Assembly (NCBI RefSeq): GCF_009834535.1
Contig: NC_045697.1
Location: 117,368,001 to 117,432,000 of the forward strand
Reading direction: 5' to 3'
Origin: Camelus ferus
Taxonomy: Eukaryota
DNA: 64,000 nt
Under the pieces are notes generated by a model. It saw only the letters and a program-made list of their open reading frames with translations, did no database searches and was not told the DNA's origin. Shown in pieces: positions 25,156-38,350 of this stretch (positions within the stretch are counted from its first letter, which is position 1; each line of letters begins with the position of its first letter). A program made the translations under genes and the position numbers.

Positions 25156-26357
25156 TATCACAATAACCAGATAGATTAACTCTAGATTGTCCTAGACAAT
25201 CTTCTCAAGATTGAAAAATCCATCATAGAGTTACAAACAGTTCCATTAAGCAGCACAGAAGAACAGTTTTCTCAGCCAGAGAATAAATGTTTTCACCTGT
25301 ATCCATCATCTCAGATTCATGAATATATTGAAAAGGAAAGACATTTGGCAGTGGTGTCTGTGGTGTGTGTGTTTTAGGGTATAAAGATGATTTATTCTAC
25401 TAAAAATCACATGTTGCAAAATCAGAACTTTGATCAGACTTCTCAAGAAGAATTTCTAGTTGGCCCCATACCACTGAATATTAATTATTTCCCTTTGGCT
25501 CTTGGCCACAATATATCCTTGGCATAAACGTTGATTTAATCTAATACTAATTTCAAATAAGAGAAACCAGATGAATTAAATTTGAGGGCAGAGTTCAAGA
25601 TATTATATCATGTCATTTCATTTTATTTAAATACAAGTAGATTGTTTTTGGGCCAGTGATATTACAATGATAATTTTCACTTTATTGCCAGTAGAGCAGA
25701 GGAAATGTTTTTGAAAGCATAAGGTAAGGTCTAAGACCAAGCAAATAATAAAGTCAAGAAATGATCAACATTATCAACCCTCCAGGAACTGAAGCTCTCT
25801 TTTTTTGGTGTCTACTTTCTATTGGATGAGCTTGGAAAGACTGGATTGATTATTATTTCCAAAAAACCAGGTTTAGTATGATTTTATTAGTATTTATAAA
25901 TTGGTAGAAGCCAGTTTGTTGGCTCCTGAGTAAATACTCTTCAAGTAAATAATAAATAATACAAGTATCTAGGATTCTTCCATATGAAGAATTTTTAAAC
26001 ATATATTATTGAATTATGTCTTGTAAACCAAAATACCTTTCTTTCAGTGCCTTCTTTTCTGATAGTTCCTGCACATTGGATTTGTAGCTGTTAATATTCT
26101 CTAGGAAACAATGTGCTAAAGGACTTATGTCTTACGTAAAGGGCTTTTCAATGAGCAGTGCCCTTAGTGGTTATTACTTCTCAAGGGCTGACATAACTGA
26201 AAGGTCAATGCCTGTACCTTTATTCTCTAATTCCCAAGGTTTGAATTGACAAACAGATCATGTCAATTGATGGAGGATATGCCGTTTGATTTTTCTAAGA
26301 GCTCTGTTGTGGGAAAAGCATCATCTTTGCTGCAAACTGCCCTGGAGCTCTTGTTAC

Positions 26358-26420
26358 CTGGAGGTGCCTCTTTGTCTTTAACTTTAACCGCGGGATCTGT
26401 CACCTGTGGCTGGTGCCCGC
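26358..26420 (-). CDS. Candidate internal exon (63 nt, symmetric phase 1-1), unidentified gene
   Basis: Branch-like ctgac plus ttttctgcag acceptor, and donor CAG|gtaaca. Only one frame is open: GHQPQVTDPAVKVKDKEAPP. CpGs are locally retained. No homology recognised. Confidence 0.35.
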
Positions 26421-26748
26421 CTGCAGAAAACAGTCAGGATATGCAAACACAATTTGCCAACTGTTCTCTCCAGTTCAATTCAGAAGAGAATGAACAGAAC
26501 ATTCTCCTAGGTTTACGGTCAAGTTTTTGCTCTCACTGAAACAGCTAACCTTCAAATATCTGTGTGTTTGTGCATTAGCATCTGATCAAAGAGAGTATTT
26601 CCATGGGAGTAAGGTCCTTTTTCAGGGGTGCTTGTTAACAGATTAGAAACTTCAAATTGGGTGGCCTGAATGTGAAAAAATATCTTTTAAAAAAGTGAAT
26701 GCTTATATAGCCAAACATCAAATCGAGTTATATTAGCTTAAGGAAACA

Positions 26749-27210
26749 TGTGACCAAGACTGTCTGAACATTCTCCTCAGTTTGAATAAACTTCAGACAA
26801 GTTTCTCCCCTGTGTCTGTTTCCTAGAGTATTTACCTTAGAAAACATGCAATTGCAAATTCCTTCTCTGCCCCTTTAAGATATAAATCTTCTTCCAGGCT
26901 CCTCTCAGTTTTCAACTGAGGAATGTCTTTCTCAGGGACTGGAAACCATCCCTTATAATGGAATCATTGAGAAAGTACCCTCATCTCACAGTTCCTGGGG
27001 GACGGTAAGCCCCCAGTCAACAAATGCTTTGACCAACCTCCCCCGTGAAACATTTTTCCAGCAACTCACTCCTGCACTGAACGTCCTTTTGTTTCAACAA
27101 GATTAAAGTCAACCTCTCTTCTATTGCAGTAGCCTTGACTCCTGTTGCAGTAGTCCTGAATAAAGTCTCCCTTGTCTGTCTAACTTGTCCAGTGCAGTCT
27201 TTCGCTGATG
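26749..27210 (+). mobile_element. Solo ERV1-class LTR, MER89/MER90/MER110-like
   Basis: Starts tgtgaccaag. Contains agagtatttaccttagaaaacatgcaattgcaaattccttctctgcccctttaaga. AATAAA at ~27159 followed by a short U5. Confidence 0.7.
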
Positions 27211-27294
27211 TATGTGTGCCACCGTTGCTTTAACAATTTCCCAACAGCACATTTATTAAAAGTATAATGTTTTCTAGGTCCAAACAATTTTGAG

Positions 27295-27447
27295 TTCTTC
27301 TGTTTCTTTTTTATTTTTTTAGGTTTTTTTTGGGGGGGGGCAAATGGTAATTAGGTTTATTTATTTTTAGAGGAGGGGCTGGGGATTGAACCCAGGACCT
27401 TGTGCATGTCAAGCATTCACTCTACCACTTGAGCTACACCCTCCCCC
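27295..27447 (-). mobile_element. tRNA-Ala-derived SINE (camelid vic-1-like)
   Basis: Minus strand reads gggggagggtgtagctcaagtggtagag...ggtcctgggttcaatcccc, then an A-rich tail. Flanked by a near-perfect TSD aattttgag (27286-27294) / aactttgag (27448-27456). Confidence 0.9.
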
Positions 27448-30400
27448 AACTTTGAGGCAAATTAGTATTCTTGCTCAAAGGCTACACCCATGATTGAAGA
27501 TATTCTGTTTAACCCCCTTCTGTGTTGGTCGGCACTGATCTCAGCAGGAACATAGGATTCCACGTCCAGTGTGGACCAAGGAAAGAAGCACTCCTATCTC
27601 TGCAGAGCCGTTCCAACTTTCTGTATCTCAAAGAAGAGACATCTGCTGTTATTTGATCAGAAATCTCATGGCAGAGGAAGAACAACAGAAGAAAGGGTGT
27701 CTCTTTAGAGGGGATGGCCAGTGTCCTGGGCACAGACTGATAAAAGAGGATTTGTAGAGCTGGAGTACTTTGGGAGGCAGGCCAACAAGGAATTCAGGTC
27801 CTGCAATTTCCTGCTATATTGGAAACTTCTCTTTCCCAAAGAAATACGAAATAAAAAGATTCCTCCAGTGTCTCTCTGATGGTCACCAGGCAAGTTGGCC
27901 AGCCTCTGAGGTAGTGTTTTGGGTTCAACGGTCAAAGGCAACGTGTCAGCTGAGATTTAGCTCATCTCTTTGGGGTCAGAATTCAGATGGAGAGACTCTG
28001 TCACCCTCTGTGTGTCTGATTCCATCACCCTTCCTTATCTTTAAATCAAAAAAGAATTAAAAGAACTTTATCTGAAAGAACCTGGTACTTATGACTAAAT
28101 CCCCTGTGCTAAGTATAGCAATGAAGAGTGAGACACTTCATCCCTAAAGACTTGCTCCTCTAGGGAATGTGTCCCTTGGAGTCTGCGTTCACTCTAGAAG
28201 CCGAAACTTCTACCTGATGTCACATCGCTCCTGAGGCCAACATCTTCCTCTGCATTATAGCCAGTATTTGATGACAAAACCAATCCAGAATGCACAACTC
28301 CCATGACTCTGTTAAGAATTATGTCAGGACAGAACACAGAAAAGACAATAGACTTTAGAAAAGGGACAGACTACACTTCCATTATCAGAAGAAGACACCA
28401 AACTTTACCTGGGAGAGAGACTGGTACATAGTGTTTGGAGCCTCAGTGATGTAGGACAAGTCTAATGGTACATCTGACTTTTATCTTCACCAGTTGTTAA
28501 TGACTTGAATTTTCTTAATTATTGCTTTCTTTTTCCTTAACCTTAGTTGCTGTGTAGAGATGTAATTAATATCCTTCACTGCTGTAGCTCAGGACAGGTT
28601 ATTGAAAGGCAGCACCTAAAGGTTCATTTTGGTGTAACTGAGGTGCTTTTTTTTTTGGTCTATGCCAGGCATTGTATTCTGGCTACGAAAAATATGCTTT
28701 GTTTTATTTTTTACTTTCCCTGAGAAGTTTGTAGCATAGCAAGATGCAAGTTTTTGGGTGGTGCTTGTTTGTTTTTGTTTATTTTGTGGGTTTTTTTTTT
28801 AATGTTAGTTAATGTATTCACATCCATTAACTTTTCTAAAACTGTGTTTTAAAGAAATTGTATCAATTTTCTTTCCTGATGGTATAGAGATTTCATCTTT
28901 AATAAGCCCCTCTACTCCATACCCAGGAAGGGATGAAATACAAAAAGATAAAGAATAAATGACACAGTTAGATTCAAATACAAGCTGAACATTTCTTTGA
29001 ACCAGAATCAGAAGACAGATAGATGGCAAAATGTTAATTTGTCCCGAAGCAGTGTGAGACATCTGGCTTTGGGGTCTAGAAGTTGGCAGGGGAGCCGTGA
29101 TCTTACATAGGAAAGTGTGACCCAAGGTGCTCCACACAATAGCCAATTCCAGACTCACTGCTTAAAACCAGTTTTTGCAATCAAGAGTTTTGCTTGGAGA
29201 AGTTCTTTTTTGGCTATTTGAACATTCCCCATATAAAGAAAGATTTATTTCGAGATGAGCACAGTCCATTATGTTTTGTTTTATTAGAGTATTTTTGTTC
29301 CTTGAAAGACTCGATTCTAAGAATTTAACCAAGATTTATTCAAGTTGTACTTTTTCTTGTGCAATTGATTAAGCCTCCTTTTTGTAAAAGTTCTATTATG
29401 TTATCAATGTTTTTAATACACTTTCTCTTTATTCTTATATGATTATAGGGTCATCTACAAATATCATTACATTTAAACTTGTCTACATAGATTTTTTTAC
29501 TCCCATTGATCTATTGAACTTGCCTTTGGAGCTGCCTAATGGAATCAAAGCAAACTGGGCCCTTTTCACTTCAGCGTGAATTGATGTTGGCAGTCTTCAG
29601 CTATGAAATCACAAAGAACATGATACCAATAAATTACTGACCTGTATTTCCTGTAGTAATTGAAATCTTGCAGATTCATTGTCCTACACCTCATTGATCC
29701 TGCCAATTTTGCTACCGTTTTCTTTCTAAACATTTTTCAAGTCTATGGCAAAATCTCCAATTCACAGAAGTTTTTTTATTAACCACCTGCAATTTATAAT
29801 TACATTGTGATACGGTGAGTTTGATCGTGTCTTCTTCTAAAACATCGTGTTCTATTTCACTAGTGCCTTCAAGGCTTTGCTACTTCATGTTGGAAGATAC
29901 TTACATTTTGAGATGGGTTGGCCAGCATTACAGGTTCCCATTTGACCTATCCTACCTTCATGGACTGATTAGATTTTATTTTCTCCCACCTATTCTGAAA
30001 ATCAGCCCTAATAATATTCACTGCTATGATGCATTCAGTTGTCGGAGTAACTACCTTAGATTGTCTTACAGGCCATCCCAAAACCTGAATCCATCATTTT
30101 CCACTTCATTTACTTACATTTCTATCATTTCCTAAAATTTTAAACAGAATGTCTATGGAAAGTCCATCCAGTTGACTCCTTGGGGATTTCTCTTTCTAAC
30201 AGTGCCTTCTAAGGAGAAGGTTCTGCCCAACTGGTTATAAATAATGCCTGGCTCATCATACTCATCCTGTCCATTTTTCTGTTGTTTCTCAGGCTTAGCT
30301 TTCAAAGCAGAGTTTTCATCCATGGCATGATCCCCACGCGTGCAGTAAGGCTTCCATGCCTTCAGCAGATGTTATGCTACAAAGCTGTTTGCTTATTTCT

Positions 30401-30869
30401 TCTGCTAGTTGCATGGACTTCCTAAATATTTTCTTAATTTATGCCTGCTGTTGCCCACGTATATAAAGACTCTGACTCTCCCCTTAGGTTTTGTTCATAT
30501 AGTCATTTAATCACGCCCAATTTGGTTACAAATTTGATGATTTCTAGTATATTGTTTCCAAGGTCTGAGTGCTGTAAGTTACATGAGAAATTGACTGCAC
30601 TCCCAATACCCATATTAAAAAGGATTCGGAAAGCATCTCTTTCACAGACATTGACTTTAATCCTTGATCAAATATTTCAGCCTTACTTCTGGTGCTGCTA
30701 GGAACAACATGTCTATTGCTTCCAGATACAGATTCAGGAGTCTCTTGAGTCTCCTGAAAGCCTGACTCTTGACAGGGACCTGGGGACGTGTTCCAGTTCC
30801 GTCCTGTTACGTGTCCTAGTTTCTACGACTTCCTTGAGCTTGCTTCTGTTCAGTATCGTCCTCTGAAAT

Positions 30870-31042
30870 AATTGGTCTAGCTAGCCCAGAACCCCACAGA
30901 CCATCGCCTGGCACACAGCTTATTTTGAAAACCTAAGAAGCCAAACTCAGGTTCACAAGCAAGAAAAAAATGTATTGTTTCAAGCCACTGAGGTTTAGGG
31001 AGGTCTGTTGTTCATTACAGTTGTAGCAATAATTGATGATAA
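30870..31042 (+). mobile_element. MaLR (MLT1) LTR 3' fragment
   Basis: tattgtttcaagccactgaggtttagggagg...tagcaataattgatgata is the typical MLT1 terminus. Confidence 0.65.
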
Positions 31043-34000
31043 CCCATTTTCCATCCCTATAGACACACTGAAACAAGCACTAGGTACATGAATATTTAAG
31101 GTATTTAACATAAAAAGTAAACTCGCTTTCTGCTTATTAACTTGTTAATTTATCTGATCTAGCTGGATCAACTGACACTCTTTTGGGGTGACCATGTGTA
31201 CTTAAATAATTTCATTTTAAATAAGATGAATAATTGAGGAATCAAATTGAAGATGTTTTAAAATATATTTCACAACATTTATTGAAAAGTTTTATTACAA
31301 ACTGAAGTAAATGATCCCATATTTTCAAAATGTATCTTTAATTCTCAATCAACTGCCATTTCCAATAATTTATCCTGTAAAGTTTTAAAGACACATAGAT
31401 TTCCTATATATAAATTTGTCTTTGATGCAAATTTTAAATACTTCTATCAAATTTCTAAAGTATTAAAGAATAACTTTCTTAGATATGCAATGCAATGAAT
31501 TTTACCTACTTCAGTAAAAATTGTTATGTTATGAAACATCACATAACCATGTGTAGAAACTCTGTTCTTCTAAGCTTCCTACATTTATTGTCACCCTGTG
31601 ATTCTGCCTGCCATTGAAAAACATACTGAATTTTTTTCTCACATGGGAGTATTAATATCATGTAAATACCAAAGAAATGGTCAAATATCAAGTCAGTGTG
31701 CAAATCACATCTTTAGAAACATGCAACCAAATTGATTTCTGGTTTTGTAGAAATACCAAAAGCATATCTCCACTGAATTTTTTTCTTTCAACAATTTTTG
31801 CACCTCACTTAGCCAATAGTGGTTGTTTTTGATCAGATCCATATTATTAAGTAACATAGAGAATATTCTCTCATTTATGGCATTGGCATTTACGTAATTC
31901 GGAGTTTTTATTATGTGGCTAAATTTACTGCTTAGTTTATCTGACCTTTATTTTTATAGCAATACTTTCTTAATGAAGGAAATACAAACTCGTTAGTCTG
32001 GGTAACTGCCCTAGAATGTTTTTGTGTTCTTGCAAACAAAACCATCCAAACTTACTCTAACACAACATGTAAACTCCAAACCAATTTTTCATAATATAAT
32101 CCTTCACTGCAGTGCATTATTTAGTTGCCTTTTTAGGAAATAAAGTAGAAAAAGAAACGTGTGCTTCATATAACCATCATGCTCAAATTGCACATGTGCA
32201 AAAGGAATTGTTATTTATTTTACATATTTTGGTTTTGTCGTTCCTCTGTATGATGTTTATATTTCTTCTCTTCTGAAATATAAAGTATGGTCCATGGACT
32301 GGTGGGACTGAATGAACTCTTACTGAGCCACCACAAGATAAGTACCTAAGTCAAAAGTAAGCTTTAGAAACTTGGATAGCCACATAGCATGTAATCAGCA
32401 CACTCATCACATTCAATGAATTATAGGTTATTAACCAGCCCAGGTATTAAACAGTTCTCGGACAAGTCACACTGGTGAGGACTGCATGTTCCTTGCTGGC
32501 ACGCAATAGAAACAATCACCATGAGTGATACCTCAGCGGTACGAATCCACTGTACTCTGAACGTATATAAAAACATGAGAAAATGTAAATATTTGGTTAT
32601 TTTGTAATTTCTTATCAATAATTTTAATGTTTAACCAAGTCCATTTTTTAAATAAGTCATCACCATTACCTACATTAGGGAAGTAAAATGTATGCTATTG
32701 TTTTTGATCCAAATTTAATGATGACAAAATAAGCTTCATTGGAATTTTGTGCCAAGACAAGACAAATTGTTCTGAGTCTTCTATGCATTTTTTATTTTGT
32801 GCAACTCCCTTTTCTCCAGTAACCTATCTATAAACTCCAACCTCCTCAAAATACCAAACTCAGTTTTCATCTTCTCTGCTTAGAGTTCTCAGCCACTTGA
32901 GCTCAGATACTGCAGCTTAGAAGTTTCTGGAAAAAATGCCGAGGTCATCATTTTTTATTTTAATGTATTTCCGGCTATTACAGACCTGAACTTTGTTGTC
33001 TAAAATCTAAAAACAGTGCTTCTTATATTGACATGCATATCAAACATGTATTTCTCATGTGTTTTGTTCAGATCAAACTTGGCTATGAGAATTTAATAGA
33101 TGACAACAACATTCCTATCAAGGAAACTGACATCCCTGCTTCTATAAGCAATGGGGTCACTTTCTTCCTGTTGGACTTAAAACGTCTAATTATAATGGTT
33201 AGTGGTTTTTCAAGACTGCTTATTTTCTCCTGCATGGAGAACGCTGGATGGTAACACAAAAATGTCAGTGGAAATCCTCACAGACTGACTTGTTGACTCC
33301 ACAACATCCACTCAGTGACTAATTCTATCTGATCCAAGTCCTCTGCTCCTTAAAATGCATAAAGGTCCAATTTATTTTTATTTTAATTTTATCTGTATTT
33401 TATTACATATGTTATTATAGATCATATTAGGATTATATTTCCTAATGTGAATATTAACTGATGAGGATAAAGAATGAAACCAGCTAGCAAACTGCCCACA
33501 ATTAAAAATTAATGGGGTGGTAATTAACATATAGTAGAAAATATAATCATATTTAAAGGCAATCTTACATGAAAATTATGTTTATTCAGAGTAAGAAAGC
33601 ATTCTACACTTACATTTGCAAAATGGAATACTAATTTGTTTTTATTTAATTTATACCTGCTTACTTTATAGTTTTATTTAATGCTATTTAAAAAATATAA
33701 AATTGTCTTAAAAATTTTTAATTTCTCTGATGAGATACTTAAGTAGTAAGAATGTTTTTTTCCCTCTATCAAGGGAAAGAGCCTATAATATAACAAGAAT
33801 AAAATTAAGCGAACATGAGAATGTCATGTTACTTTAAGAGAAGGAGAAATAGAAGGGCAAAGATGTAATTGCCTGCCTGACACTACACTTAGCAATTTAT
33901 GGGACAAGCAGTTTAATAATATATGACACTGTGATTAGTCTGAAATATTTGTTACTTAGTCATTTATTAGAATCATTTAATTTGGACATGTAATGATTAA

Positions 34001-34429
34001 TGACATTGGAGAATGTTATCTAAAGTGTACATTACTTAAAGTCATTCTAACACAACATTTGATATGATCATTTAATTAACTTATAGCTTATATCTATTAA
34101 ATCAACCTGAATGTCTTTTTAAATCCAAATAAATTGTAATCATGTAGACATCAATAGACAATTTACATTAGACAAATCGTGTATCAAGATATAGTTGTGT
34201 TATTGAATGTGTGTGTACAAAAAAGGCATTAATTATCATAATTTTTGTTAATTAACAATAAATTTTAATGTGAACATTTGATCGTTTTCCAACTGAAGAT
34301 AAATAAGTTTCCTGTGGCCAGGAGCTTTGTATGACTTGGCACCTGTAAATTAGGGTCCGAGGCTCTTAAAGAAATTAGCATGTTGGCATTCTTTTTAACA
34401 TAATTTTCAATGGCCTATTATCAAATAAA

Positions 34430-35460
34430 AAATTTAAGAGAAACAATAGCATGAAACACCGTAGAACCCTGTGGAGACGTAACACTATGGAATGCTGAAA
34501 CCGAACATGGAGTTTTAGTTAAAACAATAGGATTTGTTGGAAGTCTCCTAAGAAGCAGTTAGATCTGCATATACCTTCAGAACCTGTGGGTGAGGGAAGT
34601 GTCCCTCTTCCCACGTGATGGAGGTCATCAGGCAGAGTGGGGATACCATGGTAAAAATGGGGGAACTAAGCGAGAGTTTATGTGCTCACCATGTCAACCC
34701 GCTCAGCTCCCAGAAAGGGATGATTCATTTCTGAACCTGAAACAGTCTTCCCTGAGGATTCTGACCAGCTGCAGTGAAATTCATAGTTGATCAGTTGTCC
34801 TCGTGTTCAAAATTCTAATGAACTTCTTCATGCCTCATTCATAAATATTAACAGAGCACCAATGATCACCAGACATTTTAGAAAAATATCATTTATGAAG
34901 GAGACTAAAACAAGCAAATAAAAAAGCAACTTTAGAAAACAGGTGGTGAAAGTTGAGGGAAACTTAAAAAAAAAAAAACTAACACCAATTAATTGAGAGA
35001 GAAACAGAATGGTGTTCCACCCATGAAACAAGAATAGAACACAATAAGAATGAATATCTGGAGAACAAAAAGTGATCTTGGCAACTAAAAATATGAAAAC
35101 AGAAATGAGAAATACAAATGAATGAGGAGGGAGACAAATTTGAAATCCTTTCCAGAAAAAGCAGAAACAAAGTTTTGTTTGGAAAATGGTGACAAAGTAC
35201 AGTGAGCAGATGAGTTAGTGGAAGAACAAAATCTGAACAATAGTTTTCCAGAAACTGAAAATTACTAACCCAATAAGTCAGAAAAATCCCAAACTTGCAA
35301 AACAAATTTTCCAAGCTGTCTAGCACAGTAGGTAAAAACATACATTTATGAAACATACTGTTGTAAAATTTCAAAACACCGGACACAAAGAAATTATAAC
35401 TCTCCAGAGAGAGAAAGAGAGCATTTAAGCATAGAAGAATATGATTAGGAAGTGGGCTTT
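34430..35460 (+). mobile_element. Old L1/HAL1-like 5' region and ORF1 remnant
   Basis: gatcaccagacattttagaaaa motif, then an A-rich coiled-coil-like ORF1 remnant ending gtaaaatttcaaaacacc...ctccagagagagaaa. Confidence 0.6.
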
Positions 35461-35899
35461 CAGTATTACTGCATGGCTGATTTCTTTTACAGAGAACAAT
35501 CTTATTGTTAAGATTTGAATTAAAATTTAATAGATCTTTTCCATCTTGTCTTCTACACAGGACTTGTTCCCATCTTGTGTCACTTTGTTAGAATTCCACG
35601 ATCTATTCTCATTTCTGCAGAATGACACATGGCATTGAACGGTCTTAATGAGTCTATTAGTCTGTAGCGAAGCCAGTAGAAAAGAGATACAACAGAATAA
35701 TAAGAAGGAGAGAAAGGAAATTCAAATGCAAGAGTGATGTATTTCAGTGCAGGCTGGAGAGAAAATGATCTTAAATTTGCCCCAATTCTCAGAAAGTATC
35801 CTGAACTATTTGGAGTAAGTTTTGAAACTATCTGTGCAGAAAAAATAATATCCTGAAATCTTGATGGAAAATGGCACATTACAGATCACTATAAATATT

Positions 35900-37830
35900 A
35901 GTATGAGGAGTGAATAAAGGAAAGAAATAAGAAAAAGGTGAATGGGAAGTGGGGAAGGAAGGAAGGAAGAGAGATAGTTGAATAGGTGAAACACATGGAG
36001 TTTCTAGGACAGTAAAATTCACCTATATGATATTATAATGATAAATAAAAGACACTGAACATTGGTCAAAACCTACTGAATTTACAGTACATAGAGTAAA
36101 TCCTATTGCTTCAAGGTTTGCAAATATTTTATCCCATTCCATGGGTTGCTTTTTCATTTTTGTTGATGATTTCCTTTGCTGTGCAGAATGTGTTCAGCTT
36201 GATATATATGCAAATTTTAATATAATTATTTAGGAGATTTAGGGATCCCAAGACAGAAGGCAAAATGTGACCAAAAGAATCAAAACGTATCACAGATAGA
36301 TGAAACAACCTCACTGAAGCAGGTAGAATATAACTTTGGGAATGAGTGGCATCTGTAACATAAAGACAAAAAGAACTACATGTGAGCACCATACTCTACT
36401 GATGAAGCGCTTTCCCACGGGGCTACAAGTTAACACTTTCAAAACCAACCTGCATGTGTACTGAAGATAAACGTGAACAGATGACTGGTAGGTGGGACCT
36501 GGGTTCTTATCGATGGAGTGGGTGGTTACATACAAGCAAGGAGGAAGCCAGACCGATCTATGTAGTAACAGCATAGTAAGAGGCTTCAGTATGAAATCAC
36601 GTTTAGTTAATATACACAGAGAATACACATATAGAAATAATGATGCACATATATACACAGCTTAGTGTACACACACATATTTCCAACATCTGTTCGTTAA
36701 GTGGGACTAGAAGAAAAAACACCCTGATGTCTACAGGGACACCTAGGACCCAGATCTTGGTTTTTAATATCATTCTCCAATATATGATATCAAGGCTCCT
36801 TAGAAAAATGATGGTTCTAGGGCTGGGCAGGATACAAACAAGTTAAGCCTGGAAGATACGGTGGTGTCATAAAGTAATAAAGTATTCACACACACACATA
36901 CATTCACATGCACACACATGCCCCTCCACAATGATGCGAGTGTGTCAAAACGACATGAGACCCAACTGAAAACTCCCAGTGGCCAAAGCTGGGACAATTT
37001 GAGCAACAAAATAAACTGATCATAACCCAAAGTATAAAGTAAATATTCATGAGTCCATATTGATATAAGTAGTAAATGATTGGATAAATAAATAAATGGG
37101 AAGAAAATTCTACTAATGACAAATAAGTGGAGGAGAATTCTGTGAGCAAGATTTCCAAATAATTGAAGTAGATCTTTCGCCCTTGAGTATACCCACTTCA
37201 TGAATGCACTGTGATTTTCTTCCAAAGAGTATGGAATGGAGGGGGAACAAGAGTAACTTTAAAGAGGAGGAAACTGACAACTGCAGCCTCAAGCCAGGTG
37301 ATCAAGGTTAAACCAGCGGTAATAAGTCGTCTTGATAGAACATCTCGTGATCATTTGTGATAGAAGGACATCTCACCTCTCTGCACGGCCTTTCTCCCCC
37401 CCAACACATTACCCCCGTCTAATCATGAGACAAATCTCATTTGAAGACCAGTTTACAAAATATTTGATCAGTCATCTCCAAAGCCATGAAGGTCATTAGA
37501 TCAAGGAGTATGAGAAAAAGTCACAAGCACATGGAACCGAAGGACACACAAGGAGTAGGCATAACATGTTCCTGAGTGGGATGCTGAAACAGAAGAAGGA
37601 CATCGGGGAGCACCAGGGACATCTGAAGAAAGTGTGGACTTTAGTTAATAATAATGCATCAGTATTGATGTATTTACTGTGACAAATGCATCCTACAAAT
37701 GTGAGATGTTAATAGTGGAGGAAACTGGGTATGGTATGGGATGTGAGAGAACTTATCTTGGCTCTCTGTACTATCTTCACAATAAACCTGTACATCTGAG
37801 ACTATCCTAACATAAATCATCTCTGTAAAA
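35900..37830 (+). mobile_element. L1MC3-like long 3' UTR
   Basis: gaataggtgaaacaca...ggtcaaaacctactgaattta; gggatcccaagacaga...tgaaacaacctcactgaag; ends tctctgtactatcttcacaa followed by an A-rich tail. Confidence 0.8.
36116..36202 (-). mobile_element. Short inverted L1 ORF2 C-terminal fragment inside the L1MC-like 3' UTR
   Basis: Minus translation IKLNTFCTAKEIINK...IFAN matches L1 IKLKSFCTAKETINK...WEKIFAN. Confidence 0.8.
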
Positions 37831-37834
37831 AAAG

Positions 37835-38050
37835 GATGTAATAGAAACTAAACAAAATAGAGAAGGTCAATGAATTAAAAATGTAGTTTCATGAAGCAAC
37901 AGAGAAACTGAAAAGAAATCTAGCTAAAATGGATCACAAAAGGTATAAAAGCACAAAACATATCAGGAATGTAAAAGAGGACAGTGATACTGATATTTGA
38001 AAAATAGACCTTTATGTTACTGCTTTTTAAACGTAGGTGAAATGGAAAAC
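37835..38050 (+). mobile_element. L1 ORF2 fragment
   Basis: aaaatagagaaggtcaatgaattaaaaatgtagtttcatgaa...atcaggaatgtaaaagaggaca is similar to IEKINETKSWFFE...IRNEKGD. Confidence 0.65.
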
Positions 38051-38149
38051 AAAACTACCCAAGGTCCCGTATGATGACGATACACATTGAAGATATTTTC
38101 ATATTGCTTAGAAATGAAGACATGAGGATTTAGTCATAAGCATGTCTAG

Positions 38150-38350
38150 CACAGATGTTATTATAGTCAGGATAACATAACCTTGAGAAAAGGAGGAACT
38201 GAATCATAAGAAAGAGGCACCAGAGGTAACACGAAGAGGTCGCAGTGTCCTGTTTCTTGGCATGGGTGATGCTTCTGATGGAGTTGTCTTCGTAACTATC
38301 CTTTACTCTGTACACAGATGGTTTTGCATGTATGGTATGTATGATACACC
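38150..38350 (+). mobile_element. L1ME-like 3' end
   Basis: agtcaggataacataaccttg...agtgtcctgtttcttggcatgggtgatg...gcatgtatggtatgt. Confidence 0.55.

Noticed and set aside
26257..26289. Plus-strand peptide IMSIDGGYAV* resembling an SDR C-terminus
   Set aside because: Only 10 residues, a weak acceptor and no other SDR exons seen. Likely chance.
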